Assembly: GCA_964508115.1 (NCBI GenBank)
Contig: CAZDQY010000001.1
Span: forward strand, 59,015-123,014
Length of the DNA: 64,000 nucleotides
Direction: 5' to 3'
Source: an uncultured Candidatus Saccharibacteria bacterium
Lineage (GTDB): Bacteria > Patescibacteriota > Saccharimonadia > Saccharimonadales > Saccharimonadaceae
The notes beneath the pieces are model-generated. The model did no database searches and was not told the origin of the DNA. It saw only the letters and a list, made by a program, of their open reading frames with translations. Within the stretch, counting starts at the first letter, position 1. Every line of letters starts with the position of its first letter. Shown one piece after another: positions 37,599 through 46,873 of this stretch. Position numbers and translations under genes: made by a program.

Positions 37599-38837
37599 AT
37601 GAATATAGTTTTTGGGATAATTATCGGTTTGCTAATTTTAATGTTGCTCGTCGTCGCACACGAATTTGGGCACTTCATTATGGCGCGCCGTAATGGTGTC
37701 AAAGTCAATGAATTTGGCATCTGCATGCCGCCCCGCCTCGCAGCTTGGGTACGTCGAGAAGTCGAAGTCGAAGATAAAGACGGCAACAAAACCCTCAAGA
37801 AAAAGTGGGTCAAGCTTCCCAAATCCGAATGGAGCAAGAAGCAAGATGGTCTCATCTTTAGTATCAACTGTCTCCCCATTGGTGGCTTCTGTGCTATGGA
37901 TGGCGAATCCGCCGCCGACAAGCGCAAAGGTACTTTCGGTGCTTCCAGTTTCTGGGCTAAAACTAAAATTCTCTTCGGTGGTGTCGTAATGAACTGGCTA
38001 GTTGCCTTCGTTATCCTGACCATCCTCGCTTTCACTGGCATGCCACAGTTCATCCCTAATCAATTCTACCTCGGCAACGATGCTAAAACAGTCGATGTCA
38101 CGAAAAGCGTCGTCGTCCAGGACGTCATAGAAGGCTCTCCCGCGGCTCAAGCTGGCTTCGAGCCCAAAGATGAAATTATCCGAGTTGGCGAAACTACCGT
38201 CAATGCTCCAACTGACATCACCGATTTTGGCAAAGCCCACGCCGGTGAAACGGCGAAGTATGTCGTCAAACGTGGTGATGGGGAGAAAGAACTCACCGTC
38301 CAGCTAAACGACGCCAATGCCGACTACGTCCTTGGCGTCCAGATGGCTAGTTACGGTCAAACTTTCATTCGTTCTACCTGGTCAGCACCCATTGTCGGTG
38401 CTGGCCTCACCCTCCAGCTCACTGGCGAAACTTTCAAAGGTCTTGGCGAATTAGTTTGGAATCTCGTCTCTGGAGTCGTTCGCCAGTTCAGCTTCGACGA
38501 TTCTGTCCGTGAGGAAGGTCGTGTTGATATTGGCACCGTAGGTGATTCTGTCTCTGGCCCAGTTGGGATCGTGGGCGTCATTTTCCCAGCCTTTGCCAAT
38601 GCTGGCGCTGCTAACCTTGCTTTTCTCGCCGCTCTGATCTCTGTTTCTCTCGCCTGTATGAACGTCCTCCCGATTCCAGCTCTTGACGGTGGTCGCTGGC
38701 TACTTATTGCCATCTACAAGCTCCGCCACAAAGAGCTCACGAAGGACGCCGAAGAGCGCATTGTCTCGCGTGCCTTTATGGTGCTACTTGCGCTGATTGT
38801 GATTATCACCGCACTCGACATTATGAAGTTTTTCTAA
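37599..38837 (+). CDS. rseP: Site-2 intramembrane zinc metalloprotease (M50) with PDZ domain
   Basis: HEFGH, LPIGGFC, GGVVMN, PDZ (SPAAQAGF), LPIPALDGG. Confidence 0.93.
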   Translation: MNIVFGIIIGLLILMLLVVAHEFGHFIMARRNGVKVNEFGICMPPRLAAWVRREVEVEDKDGNKTLKKKWVKLPKSEWSKKQDGLIFSINCLPIGGFCAMDGESAADKRKGTFGASSFWAKTKILFGGVVMNWLVAFVILTILAFTGMPQFIPNQFYLGNDAKTVDVTKSVVVQDVIEGSPAAQAGFEPKDEIIRVGETTVNAPTDITDFGKAHAGETAKYVVKRGDGEKELTVQLNDANADYVLGVQMASYGQTFIRSTWSAPIVGAGLTLQLTGETFKGLGELVWNLVSGVVRQFSFDDSVREEGRVDIGTVGDSVSGPVGIVGVIFPAFANAGAANLAFLAALISVSLACMNVLPIPALDGGRWLLIAIYKLRHKELTKDAEERIVSRAFMVLLALIVIITALDIMKFF

Positions 38838-38850
38838 GGTAAGGAGCCCC

Positions 38851-39840
38851 ATGTCGGATAAAAGCGAAACTAAAAGCATAAAACGAAGTAAGGAGCAGCG
38901 TATAGGCAGCACTCAAAGCCAAGCCAAAATTTCTCGCAAGTCTCTCATCAAAAGCGCTCCATCCAGTAGCACCGCCGTACCTAAGGCATCTGCTTCGGAA
39001 AGTCAGACCGCCTCTACCGGGGATGCCGTGTCTACCTCATCGAAGGCTGCCCATAAGAAATCTCCTAAGCCCCGCCGCAAGATCACCAAATACGACATCC
39101 TCTTTACTCTCTTCGTCCTTCTCTGGGCGCCGCTGGTGCTTGTTGCGAGCCAGTACGTCGCCTACTATCTAGTAATCCTCCTGTCGAACATGCTTTCCAT
39201 GTTCAGCTTTGCTACCTCGAACTTCACCATGCTTATATACTATATAATGTCCTACGCTCTTGCCTTGCCTCTGATCATCTTCGTTCCACCCCGTTTTGCA
39301 AAATATCTCCGCAAGCATCTAGAATCTCAAACCCCGAAAGAAATTACCGCCGACCTCGCCGCTAGTCGCACTGATCTCGGTCTCCAGCATCTCCCGACTT
39401 TTGTTGACATTGGCCTCGCACCCATCGCCTACATCATTTCGATCTTTCTCGCCTCTGTCTTTGCGAGCTTCATGAGTAATTTCGCCTGGTTTAACGCTGA
39501 TCAGGCTCAAGACGTCGGCTTCGGCTATTTCGTCACCGATCTCGACCGTCTCTTTGCTATTCTTGGCGTTGTTATTATTGCGCCCATCGTCGAGGAGATT
39601 ATCATGCGTGGCTGGCTCTATGGCAAGCTTCGTCGCAAGTGGGCTGCCCCCGTCGCCACCATCCTCGTCTCACTGGTCTTCGCCGTGCTGCACGGTCAGT
39701 GGAATGTTGGCGTTAGCGTCTTTGCCCTCAGTCTCGTCCTCTGCACTCTGCGTGAGATCACCGGTACTATCTGGAGCGGCATTCTCTTGCACATGCTGAG
39801 CAATGGCATCGCCTTCTACATCACCTATATCGCTCTCTAG
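38851..39840 (+). CDS. CPBP (CAAX/Abi) intramembrane protease with a long Ser/Lys-rich N-terminal extension
   Basis: APIVEEIIMRG, FAVLHGQ, GILLHMLSN. About 80 aa of low-complexity N-terminus. Confidence 0.88.
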   Translation: MSDKSETKSIKRSKEQRIGSTQSQAKISRKSLIKSAPSSSTAVPKASASESQTASTGDAVSTSSKAAHKKSPKPRRKITKYDILFTLFVLLWAPLVLVASQYVAYYLVILLSNMLSMFSFATSNFTMLIYYIMSYALALPLIIFVPPRFAKYLRKHLESQTPKEITADLAASRTDLGLQHLPTFVDIGLAPIAYIISIFLASVFASFMSNFAWFNADQAQDVGFGYFVTDLDRLFAILGVVIIAPIVEEIIMRGWLYGKLRRKWAAPVATILVSLVFAVLHGQWNVGVSVFALSLVLCTLREITGTIWSGILLHMLSNGIAFYITYIAL

Positions 39841-39989
39841 CTCGTCCAGATTTCGGAAGACTATTCGCCCTAGCCCTACCATCTGGCTCCCATCAGCGTG
39901 TCTCTAGAAAACCAGTACTTTTATGCAGTAGTACTATTCATCGCGAAATTAGCTAGTTTTTAGAAAAGTATGCTATAATATGGGAAGTT

Positions 39990-41228
39990 ATGCGTTATAG
40001 TGAGACTTTTGTAAAAACCCTACGAACTGCCCCCAAAGACGAGACGGCTCGTGGTGCTCAGTACCTAGCTCGCGCCGGCTACGTTCACAAAGAGCTTGCT
40101 GGCGTCTATGATTATCTCCCGCTCGGGCTAAAAGTCCTTGACAATATCAAACGCATCGTCCGTGACGAGCTTAACAAAATCGGCTGTCAGGAGCTTCTCC
40201 TCTCTACCTTACAGAATCCAGAGCCATGGCAAAAGACCGATCGTTGGGACATTAAAAAGATGGACATCTGGTTCCGTACTACTCTTGCGGCAGGCGGCGA
40301 ACTCGGTCTCGCACCGACCCACGAAGAACCCATCGTTGAGCTGATGAAATCTTACATCAATAGCTATAAAGACCTGCCGGTCGCTGCTTACCAGATCCAG
40401 ACCAAATTCCGCAATGAGCTCCGAGCGAAGTCTGGCATCATGCGCGGCCGCGAGTTCATCATGAAAGATCTTTACAGTTTTTCCGCTACTGAGGCCGATC
40501 ACGACGCCTTTTATCACAAAGCCGAGCAAGCCTACGCCAAGATCTATGATCGCCTTGGCATCGGCGCCGACACCTACCAGACCTTCGCGAGCGGCGGCGT
40601 CTTCTCGAAATACAGCCACGAATTCCAGACCATCACCGAAGTCGGCGAAGATACGATCTACTTCAATTCCGACAAATCCGTCGTCCTAAACGAAGAGGTC
40701 GTGAACGACGAAGTCCTCGCCGAGATGGGCGTCCGTCGCGAAGACCTCCAGACCGCCAAAGCCAGCGAAGTTGGCAACATCTTCACTTTAAAAACCAAAT
40801 ATTCCGCCCCGCTCGGTCTCGAGTTTACCGACAAGGATGGCGCGAGAAAGCCTGTCCTCATGGGCTGCTATGGTCTTGGTGTCACGCGCGTCATGGGCGT
40901 CGTTGCCGAGAAACTTTGCGACGACAAAGGTCTTGTCTGGCCCGAAAGTATTGCTCCTTTCAAATTCTACCTCGTCTCGATCGGCGACAAAGGCGCTGAG
41001 TTTGCAGACGCCCTCTATCATGGTCACGAGTCCGAAGTCTTCTACGACGATCGTGATCTTCGCCCAGGCGAGAAGTTTGCCGACAGTGAGCTAATTGGCT
41101 TGCCATACCGCGTTATTGTCTCCGACCGCGGTCTTGAGAACGACGAAATCGAAGTCGTGAAACGTAGCACCGGCGAGATGAAGAAGTTCAGGCGCGAAGA
41201 ATTTTCATTGAATAATATCAACTTTTAG
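39990..41228 (+). CDS. proS: Prolyl-tRNA synthetase (short form without the insertion editing domain)
   Basis: LAPTHEE, QIQTKFRNELRAKSGIMRGREF, EVGNIF, MGCYGLGVTR, GEKFADSELIG. 412 aa. Confidence 0.96.
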   Translation: MRYSETFVKTLRTAPKDETARGAQYLARAGYVHKELAGVYDYLPLGLKVLDNIKRIVRDELNKIGCQELLLSTLQNPEPWQKTDRWDIKKMDIWFRTTLAAGGELGLAPTHEEPIVELMKSYINSYKDLPVAAYQIQTKFRNELRAKSGIMRGREFIMKDLYSFSATEADHDAFYHKAEQAYAKIYDRLGIGADTYQTFASGGVFSKYSHEFQTITEVGEDTIYFNSDKSVVLNEEVVNDEVLAEMGVRREDLQTAKASEVGNIFTLKTKYSAPLGLEFTDKDGARKPVLMGCYGLGVTRVMGVVAEKLCDDKGLVWPESIAPFKFYLVSIGDKGAEFADALYHGHESEVFYDDRDLRPGEKFADSELIGLPYRVIVSDRGLENDEIEVVKRSTGEMKKFRREEFSLNNINF

Positions 41229-41243
41229 AAAAGTGAGGAAATT

Positions 41244-41687
41244 ATGAAGAAAGTAGTCAACCTTACGAAGGCTGGTAAAGCCGAATTAGAACAAGAATTA
41301 GCCGATCTCGTTGCACAGCGTCCTGCGATTGCCGAGCGCATCGCCACTGCCCGCGCATTCGGCGATCTCTCCGAGAACCAAGAATATACTGACGCCCGTG
41401 CCGAGCAGAAGATGGTCGAGAACCGCATTCTTGAAATTCAAGAGACCTTAAAAAATGCCGTTCTCATCCGCACCAAGAAGACTGACAAAGTCGTCATCGG
41501 CACCACTGTCAAGATTAGTATGGGCGGCAAAGAGTTCACCTACACCGTAGTCGGCCCCGTCGAAGCGAACCCGCTCGAGGGCAAAATCTCCCACGAGTCC
41601 CCGATCGGCAAAGAGCTCCTCGGCCGCAAAGTCGGCGATGACTTCACCTTTAACGGCAAAAAAGTCAAAATCAAGAGTATCGAATAA
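41244..41687 (+). CDS. greA: Transcription elongation factor GreA
   Basis: ARAFGDLSENQEY, ISHESPIGKELLG. Confidence 0.96.
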   Translation: MKKVVNLTKAGKAELEQELADLVAQRPAIAERIATARAFGDLSENQEYTDARAEQKMVENRILEIQETLKNAVLIRTKKTDKVVIGTTVKISMGGKEFTYTVVGPVEANPLEGKISHESPIGKELLGRKVGDDFTFNGKKVKIKSIE

Positions 41688-41722
41688 GCCAGCCTACCGT
41701 CGTAAACTGGCCCCACACTTAC

Positions 41723-41751
41723 ATTATATCACACTTTACTATAAAAGTCAA
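41723..41751 (-). promoter_or_regulatory. Consensus promoter oriented antisense to greA
   Basis: The minus strand reads TTGACT-TTTATAGTAAAGTGTGA(17)-TATAAT, with an extended TG. Confidence 0.6.
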
Positions 41752-41818
41752 TAGTAAGTAGGACTTTTCCTAGTAAAATGCAATTATTTATCAACTTTTA
41801 TGCTATAATTAACACATT

Positions 41819-43279
41819 ATGACCACTTTAAGCGATTATCGAGACGAAAGATTACGAAAGTTAGCGGAGATTCGTGCCCAGGGCATCGACCCCTATCCAG
41901 CCAAATCCTACCGCAACACCAAAATATCTGCCATTTTAAACCATTTTGACGAAAAAAATGGCCAGACCGTTTGCGTCGCCGGCCGCATCACCGCCATCCG
42001 CTCTTTTGGCAAAATCGCTTTCGTCAAAATTCGCGACTACTATGGCGAGATCCAGATCTTCATGGAGAAGTCCGACGACGTCGCGCCAGGCCGTTTCGGG
42101 TTGAAACAGCTCAAGCTCCTTGATACAGGCGACTTCGTCGAAGCCGAGGGTACAGTCGGCAAATCCAGCACTGGCGAGATTTCCATTTTCGCGAACAGTG
42201 TCCGCTTACTCACGAAGGCGCTCCGCCCGCTGCCGGGCTTTGATGGCTTTACTAATAAGGAAGAGCGCTATCGCCGCCGCTATGTCGATATGAATGTGAA
42301 CCCAGAGGTCCGCGAGCGCCTCGTCCGCCGCTCGAAGTTCTGGCAAGCGACCCGCGATTTTATGAACGGCCACGGTTTCATTGAGATTAATACCCCAGTC
42401 CTCGAGACTACTACCGGTGGTGCCGACGCCAACCCGTTCGTCACGCACATGGATGCCCTCGACAGTGATTATTATCTCCGTATTTCACAAGAGCTTCCTT
42501 TGAAGCGCCTACTCGGCGGTGGTTTTGAGAAAGTTTACGACATTGGCCCACGCTTCCGCAATGAAGGTGTCGATGATGAACATCTCCCTGAGCATATCGC
42601 TTTCGAGAGCTACGCTGCCTACGAGAACTACGAAGACGGCATGGAGCTCTACGAGGAGATGATTAAGTACGTCGCTATGCAGACTTGGGGCACGCTGAAG
42701 TTCAACGTAAGTGGTTTCGAAGTTGATCTTGACTGCAAATGGCCACGCATTCGCTATTCCGACCTCTTAAAAGAGAAGTATAACGTCGATGTTTTCAACC
42801 TCGACCGCGAGCAAGCCCTCCGCATTTTGAAAGAAAACAGCGTCGATATTGACCCGAAAGCCAGCGACGGTCGTCTCCTTGACAATATCTGGAAGCTCAT
42901 CCGTAAGACTTCTGCCGGCCCGTACTGGCTAGTCGAAGAGCCGCTCAGCCTTAGTCCGCTCGCCAAGACTCTCCCTGAGAACCCGCTCGTCACCCAGCGT
43001 TTCCACCCGATTATCGCTGGTACTGAGATGGGCAACGGCTACAGCGAGCTCAACGATCCGATCGATCAGCTCGAACGGTTCGAAGAGCAACAGGCTATGC
43101 GCGATAACGGCGATGACGAGGCGCAGATGCTTGATATGGATTTCGTCGAAATGCTCGAATACGGCATGCCCCCCGCCTGTGGCTGGGGCAACAGCGAGCG
43201 TAATTTCTGGCTACTCGAAGGCGTCTCTGGCCGTGAAGCCGTGCCGTTCCCAATTATTAAAGCTCGTGGTGATAGCTAA
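41819..43279 (+). CDS. lysS: Lysyl-tRNA synthetase class II
   Basis: OB-fold (VAGRITAIRSFGK), RYRRRYVD, GGADANPF, FRNEGVD..HLPE, PPACGWG. Confidence 0.97.
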   Translation: MTTLSDYRDERLRKLAEIRAQGIDPYPAKSYRNTKISAILNHFDEKNGQTVCVAGRITAIRSFGKIAFVKIRDYYGEIQIFMEKSDDVAPGRFGLKQLKLLDTGDFVEAEGTVGKSSTGEISIFANSVRLLTKALRPLPGFDGFTNKEERYRRRYVDMNVNPEVRERLVRRSKFWQATRDFMNGHGFIEINTPVLETTTGGADANPFVTHMDALDSDYYLRISQELPLKRLLGGGFEKVYDIGPRFRNEGVDDEHLPEHIAFESYAAYENYEDGMELYEEMIKYVAMQTWGTLKFNVSGFEVDLDCKWPRIRYSDLLKEKYNVDVFNLDREQALRILKENSVDIDPKASDGRLLDNIWKLIRKTSAGPYWLVEEPLSLSPLAKTLPENPLVTQRFHPIIAGTEMGNGYSELNDPIDQLERFEEQQAMRDNGDDEAQMLDMDFVEMLEYGMPPACGWGNSERNFWLLEGVSGREAVPFPIIKARGDS

Positions 43280-43290
43280 ACCCACCGGTT

Positions 43291-43641
43291 TTGTTTATCA
43301 TGTTGCACGCCGCTGAATGGAATCAGGCCCACGTCGCCGAACCCGCCGGCTTCGTTGACGAAGATCTGAATACCGTCGGTGTCTTCACGCTCAAGGCTGG
43401 CACCCCCACCATCCTCTCCCTGTCGCCCGGCGAAGATTTTGAGCTCAACACCAGTATCATCCATCACTGGAAGCTGCTTTTCCAGGCTAGCGACGACGGG
43501 ATTCTCGGCGATGCTAATTATGACCAAGCCCTCAAAGAGCTCACACCTTACGTCATCGACCAGCAAAACGGCAGCATCCTTGTCAAAGCCCTTAGTGATG
43601 TTGAACTGGACGAAATTCTCGCCCAAGCTATGTTCGCTTGA
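43291..43641 (+). CDS. Hypothetical protein (116 aa)
   Basis: Starts 11 nt after lysS on the same strand, with C-ending codon usage like its neighbours. Start position is uncertain and no motif is recognised. Confidence 0.55.
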   Translation: MFIMLHAAEWNQAHVAEPAGFVDEDLNTVGVFTLKAGTPTILSLSPGEDFELNTSIIHHWKLLFQASDDGILGDANYDQALKELTPYVIDQQNGSILVKALSDVELDEILAQAMFA

Positions 43642-43816
43642 ATCAGCTCTAACACCCTAGAACCTGATTACTCATATCGCAAAGTTGTCTCATCTTAGCC
43701 TAAAACCATTCTGGTTCGACCCAACCATATCATATGGCCGCCACAGACCAAAACGAGCGAAGGTTGGGCCAGATTCCGCCCCAACAAGATAAAATTTATG
43801 CTACAATTAAGCTAAG

Positions 43817-44731
43817 ATGAGTGGAAAAATAATGATAGTGGGCACTGGCAACGTTGGCGCTAGCATTGCCTACGCGATCCTCAACCAACGGACCGCTGTA
43901 AAAGAGTTAATTTTAACTGACCTCAACGCGGACGACGCCGAAGGCGAGGCCATGGACCTCAGCGACGCGCTAGCAGTCTCGCCGAGCTACGTCAAGATCC
44001 GTAGTGGCGACTACAGTCTCGCGAAAGGTTGCGATATCTGCGTAATTACCGCTGGCGCGAACCAGAAGCCCGGCGAATCTCGCACCGATCTCCTCCAGAA
44101 AAACACTAAGATTCTCCAGAGCATTATCGGTCCAGTCATGGCGTCTGGTTTCGATGGCATCTTCTTAGTCGTCACGAACCCGGTCGACACTCTGAGTTTT
44201 CTCACCTGGAACTATTCTCATCTCGCCCCTGAGCGCGTAATCGGCAGCGGTACTGTCCTCGACTCCGCCCGCCTGCGCCTCAAACTTTCTGAGAAACTCG
44301 GCGTCAACCCTAAGTCTATCCATGCTTATCAGGTCGGTGAACACGGCGACAGCGAGCTTACCCTCTGGTCTAGCGCCAACATCGGCGGGGAACGTCTCAC
44401 TGAGATTATTCCGAAGCATGAGCGCGATAATGTCGAAAAGTTCGTCCGTAATAAAGCCTACGACATCATTCAGAAAAAGGGTGCCACGCATTATGGTATT
44501 GCGGGCTGTGTCGTCCAAATTATCAATTGCATACTTAATGACGAACGCCGTGTCCTCTCCGTTTCCTCACTCGATGACAATTCCGGGGTCTATAATGGCT
44601 TCCCAGCCGTGGTCGGCCGCCAGGGAATTATTCGCCGTCTAGATACCGCCATGTCTGAAGAAGAGAATATCAAATTCCAGAAGTCAGTCAATGCCCTCCG
44701 CGCCACTCTGAAGGAGATCCAAGATGTTTGA
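43817..44731 (+). CDS. ldh: L-lactate dehydrogenase
   Basis: GTGNVG Rossmann motif, ITAGANQKPGESR (Gln specificity residue of LDH rather than Arg of MDH), LDSARL, GEHGDSE, KKGATHYGI. Confidence 0.93.
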   Translation: MSGKIMIVGTGNVGASIAYAILNQRTAVKELILTDLNADDAEGEAMDLSDALAVSPSYVKIRSGDYSLAKGCDICVITAGANQKPGESRTDLLQKNTKILQSIIGPVMASGFDGIFLVVTNPVDTLSFLTWNYSHLAPERVIGSGTVLDSARLRLKLSEKLGVNPKSIHAYQVGEHGDSELTLWSSANIGGERLTEIIPKHERDNVEKFVRNKAYDIIQKKGATHYGIAGCVVQIINCILNDERRVLSVSSLDDNSGVYNGFPAVVGRQGIIRRLDTAMSEEENIKFQKSVNALRATLKEIQDV

Positions 44732-46799
44732 TATCAAGAAAAATCGCCCCACAATTCCTACAGGGCAAATAAAACACCAGTCGCGAAAGTCAAGCTTCCG
44801 TTCTTGGCTACATTGTAGCACAAGAAGTAAGATTTGTCAAGTACTTTTAGCCGTTTTTGCCATCTTGACAAGCATAAGCCTCACGCTCGCCCCTGTTTTT
44901 GAAGCTGGCGCTGTTAGCTCACCCAGTCCCACCATCTATAGCAACATCTACCGTCGCAGCAGCCTCTATTTCAAAGATTTTGCCGCCCAGTATTATCTCT
45001 ATCGCGATGAAGACGGCGTCAGTCGTATGCGCGTAAACGAGGTGATCACTGCTGTCTTCCCCGAGGCAGACGTCAATCATGGTATCAACCGTGTCATTCC
45101 GTTCACCAATCAAAACGGCAAGAATCTCACCATGCGCTCCGACGACACGATTTACCTAGATGTCGCTCGCAACGGTGAGAAAGAGCCAGTAAGCAAAGTT
45201 GAGATTGGCGACGGTTATTTTGACGTCTATATTGGCGATGAAAACACCTATCTACACGGTGAGCAGACCTATACCCTTTCCTATGAATTTGAAAATGTTA
45301 TTACCGATTTTGAGAATTGGCAAGAGCTTTACTGGGATACAAATGGCAACGATTGGCATTACTCTTTCGATAGCGTCACGGCGCTTGTCGTGATTGATCC
45401 GAGTATCGCCGATAAGTTCACTGGGAAGACTGCTTGCTATGTCGGAGCTTATGGTAAAAAAGGTGAGGATCGCTGCGAGACCGAATCCGGCGATGCAGAA
45501 GAGCTTTTCAGCGGCGAATCTTATGCAGGCGCTAAGTATCTCCTCTTCACCACCGATGAGATCAGCAGCCGTGAGAATCTCACCTTTGTCCTCGAGTTCG
45601 AACCAGATACTTTCGCGCCTGCCCCGAAGCGCTTTGACTATCGTCTCGTTATTGGCGCTACGGTTGCTTGTATTGGCTTCGTTGCTGCCGTTATGCTCAT
45701 TATCGCGAGCAACAGATCCGTCGCCGAGAAACGCAAATACTATAAAGGTCTTTTCGCTAAGCCTGAATACACTCCGCTTCCAGAGTACACCGTCGCCGAA
45801 ATGGCCGCAAACTACATTGGCAAAGGCGCCCACGGCGATGCCAAAGTTGCGACTTTGCTTGATCTCGCCGTCCACCATAAGATTGAGCTCGTCAAGACCG
45901 AGAAAGATGGCGCTTTCGGCAAGAAGAAAACTACTTGGCGTATCCGTATTAAAACTGATACACTAAACAAACAACAAGCCTCCGTTCTTAAGATTCTCGC
46001 CGGTAGTAATAATCCACTACGAATGGACCAAGAGATTACCATCAAGACCCGTTCCAGCACTAGTGAAATCCGCAGTCTCGCCGAAGCGTTCTCAAAATCA
46101 GTCGATACTAACCTCGAGAAAAAGGGCCTCAAAGAGGCTACCACAAAGGATAAAAAGAAGCCAAATTTCACCAATATACTCTCTATCTACTGTACCATCT
46201 ATCTCGTCGCCTGGATGGTCAGCTTCGTCTTCATCCTGAGAGATACGCCCGAGTACATCACCGTGGTCGGTGAAGATTCTACCTTGCTTAGCTTCCTTAT
46301 CTGCCTCTTCCCGATTATCACCGTACTCTGCGGTGTGATTGCAACCACCCGCAACTATTCCCTCGCCAAGCATACCATGAAGGGTCTCGAAATCTCCAAA
46401 TACATGGATGGCTTACAGATGTATATTAAGATGACTGAAGCCGAGCGTCTACAGATGCTTCAGAGCGTCAAAGGCGCCGATACTTCGCATGCAGGCATCG
46501 TCAAGCTTTACGAAAAACTACTCCCCTACGCTGTAATTTTCCGCCAGGAGAAGAGCTGGCTAGCTGAGCTCGGCAAATACTATGAGTTTGACGACGTCGA
46601 TACCCCGGTTTGGTATGTTGGGGTTGGAGCCTTCACAGCGCGTGAATTTAGCTCTGCCATGGCCGCCGCCAGCCACGCTGCCTCAACCAGCATCACCTAC
46701 TCAAGCACCAGTGGCTCCAGCTCGGGCGGCTCAGGGTTCAGCGGTGGCGGTGGCTTCTCCGGCGGGGGCGGAGGTGGCGGCGGTGGAGGCGGATGGTAA
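44724..46799 (+). CDS. DUF2207-like membrane protein
   Basis: Signal/TM, extracellular domain (ELYWDTNG), TMs, LYEKLLPYAVIF, and a Gly/Ser-rich C-terminus ending GGGGGGGW. Confidence 0.85.
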   Translation: MFDIKKNRPTIPTGQIKHQSRKSSFRSWLHCSTRSKICQVLLAVFAILTSISLTLAPVFEAGAVSSPSPTIYSNIYRRSSLYFKDFAAQYYLYRDEDGVSRMRVNEVITAVFPEADVNHGINRVIPFTNQNGKNLTMRSDDTIYLDVARNGEKEPVSKVEIGDGYFDVYIGDENTYLHGEQTYTLSYEFENVITDFENWQELYWDTNGNDWHYSFDSVTALVVIDPSIADKFTGKTACYVGAYGKKGEDRCETESGDAEELFSGESYAGAKYLLFTTDEISSRENLTFVLEFEPDTFAPAPKRFDYRLVIGATVACIGFVAAVMLIIASNRSVAEKRKYYKGLFAKPEYTPLPEYTVAEMAANYIGKGAHGDAKVATLLDLAVHHKIELVKTEKDGAFGKKKTTWRIRIKTDTLNKQQASVLKILAGSNNPLRMDQEITIKTRSSTSEIRSLAEAFSKSVDTNLEKKGLKEATTKDKKKPNFTNILSIYCTIYLVAWMVSFVFILRDTPEYITVVGEDSTLLSFLICLFPIITVLCGVIATTRNYSLAKHTMKGLEISKYMDGLQMYIKMTEAERLQMLQSVKGADTSHAGIVKLYEKLLPYAVIFRQEKSWLAELGKYYEFDDVDTPVWYVGVGAFTAREFSSAMAAASHAASTSITYSSTSGSSSGGSGFSGGGGFSGGGGGGGGGGGW

Positions 46800-46873
46800 G
46801 CCTCACCTGTGCCAGCAACACGTCAATCCACCAATATATAATATATAATTCAGAAATATGTTAAAATAATACT

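Noticed and set aside
41761-41773. RNase P RNA core suggested by GGACTTTTCCT (reverse complement resembles GAGGAAAGTCC)
   Set aside because: The match is imperfect, the intergenic space is far too short, and the other conserved regions are missing.
43711-43726. tRNA suggested by GGTTCGA
   Set aside because: No acceptor stem, D arm or anticodon arm can be built around it.
46730-46797. G-rich low-complexity tract
   Set aside because: It simply encodes the Gly/Ser tail typical of DUF2207-like proteins.
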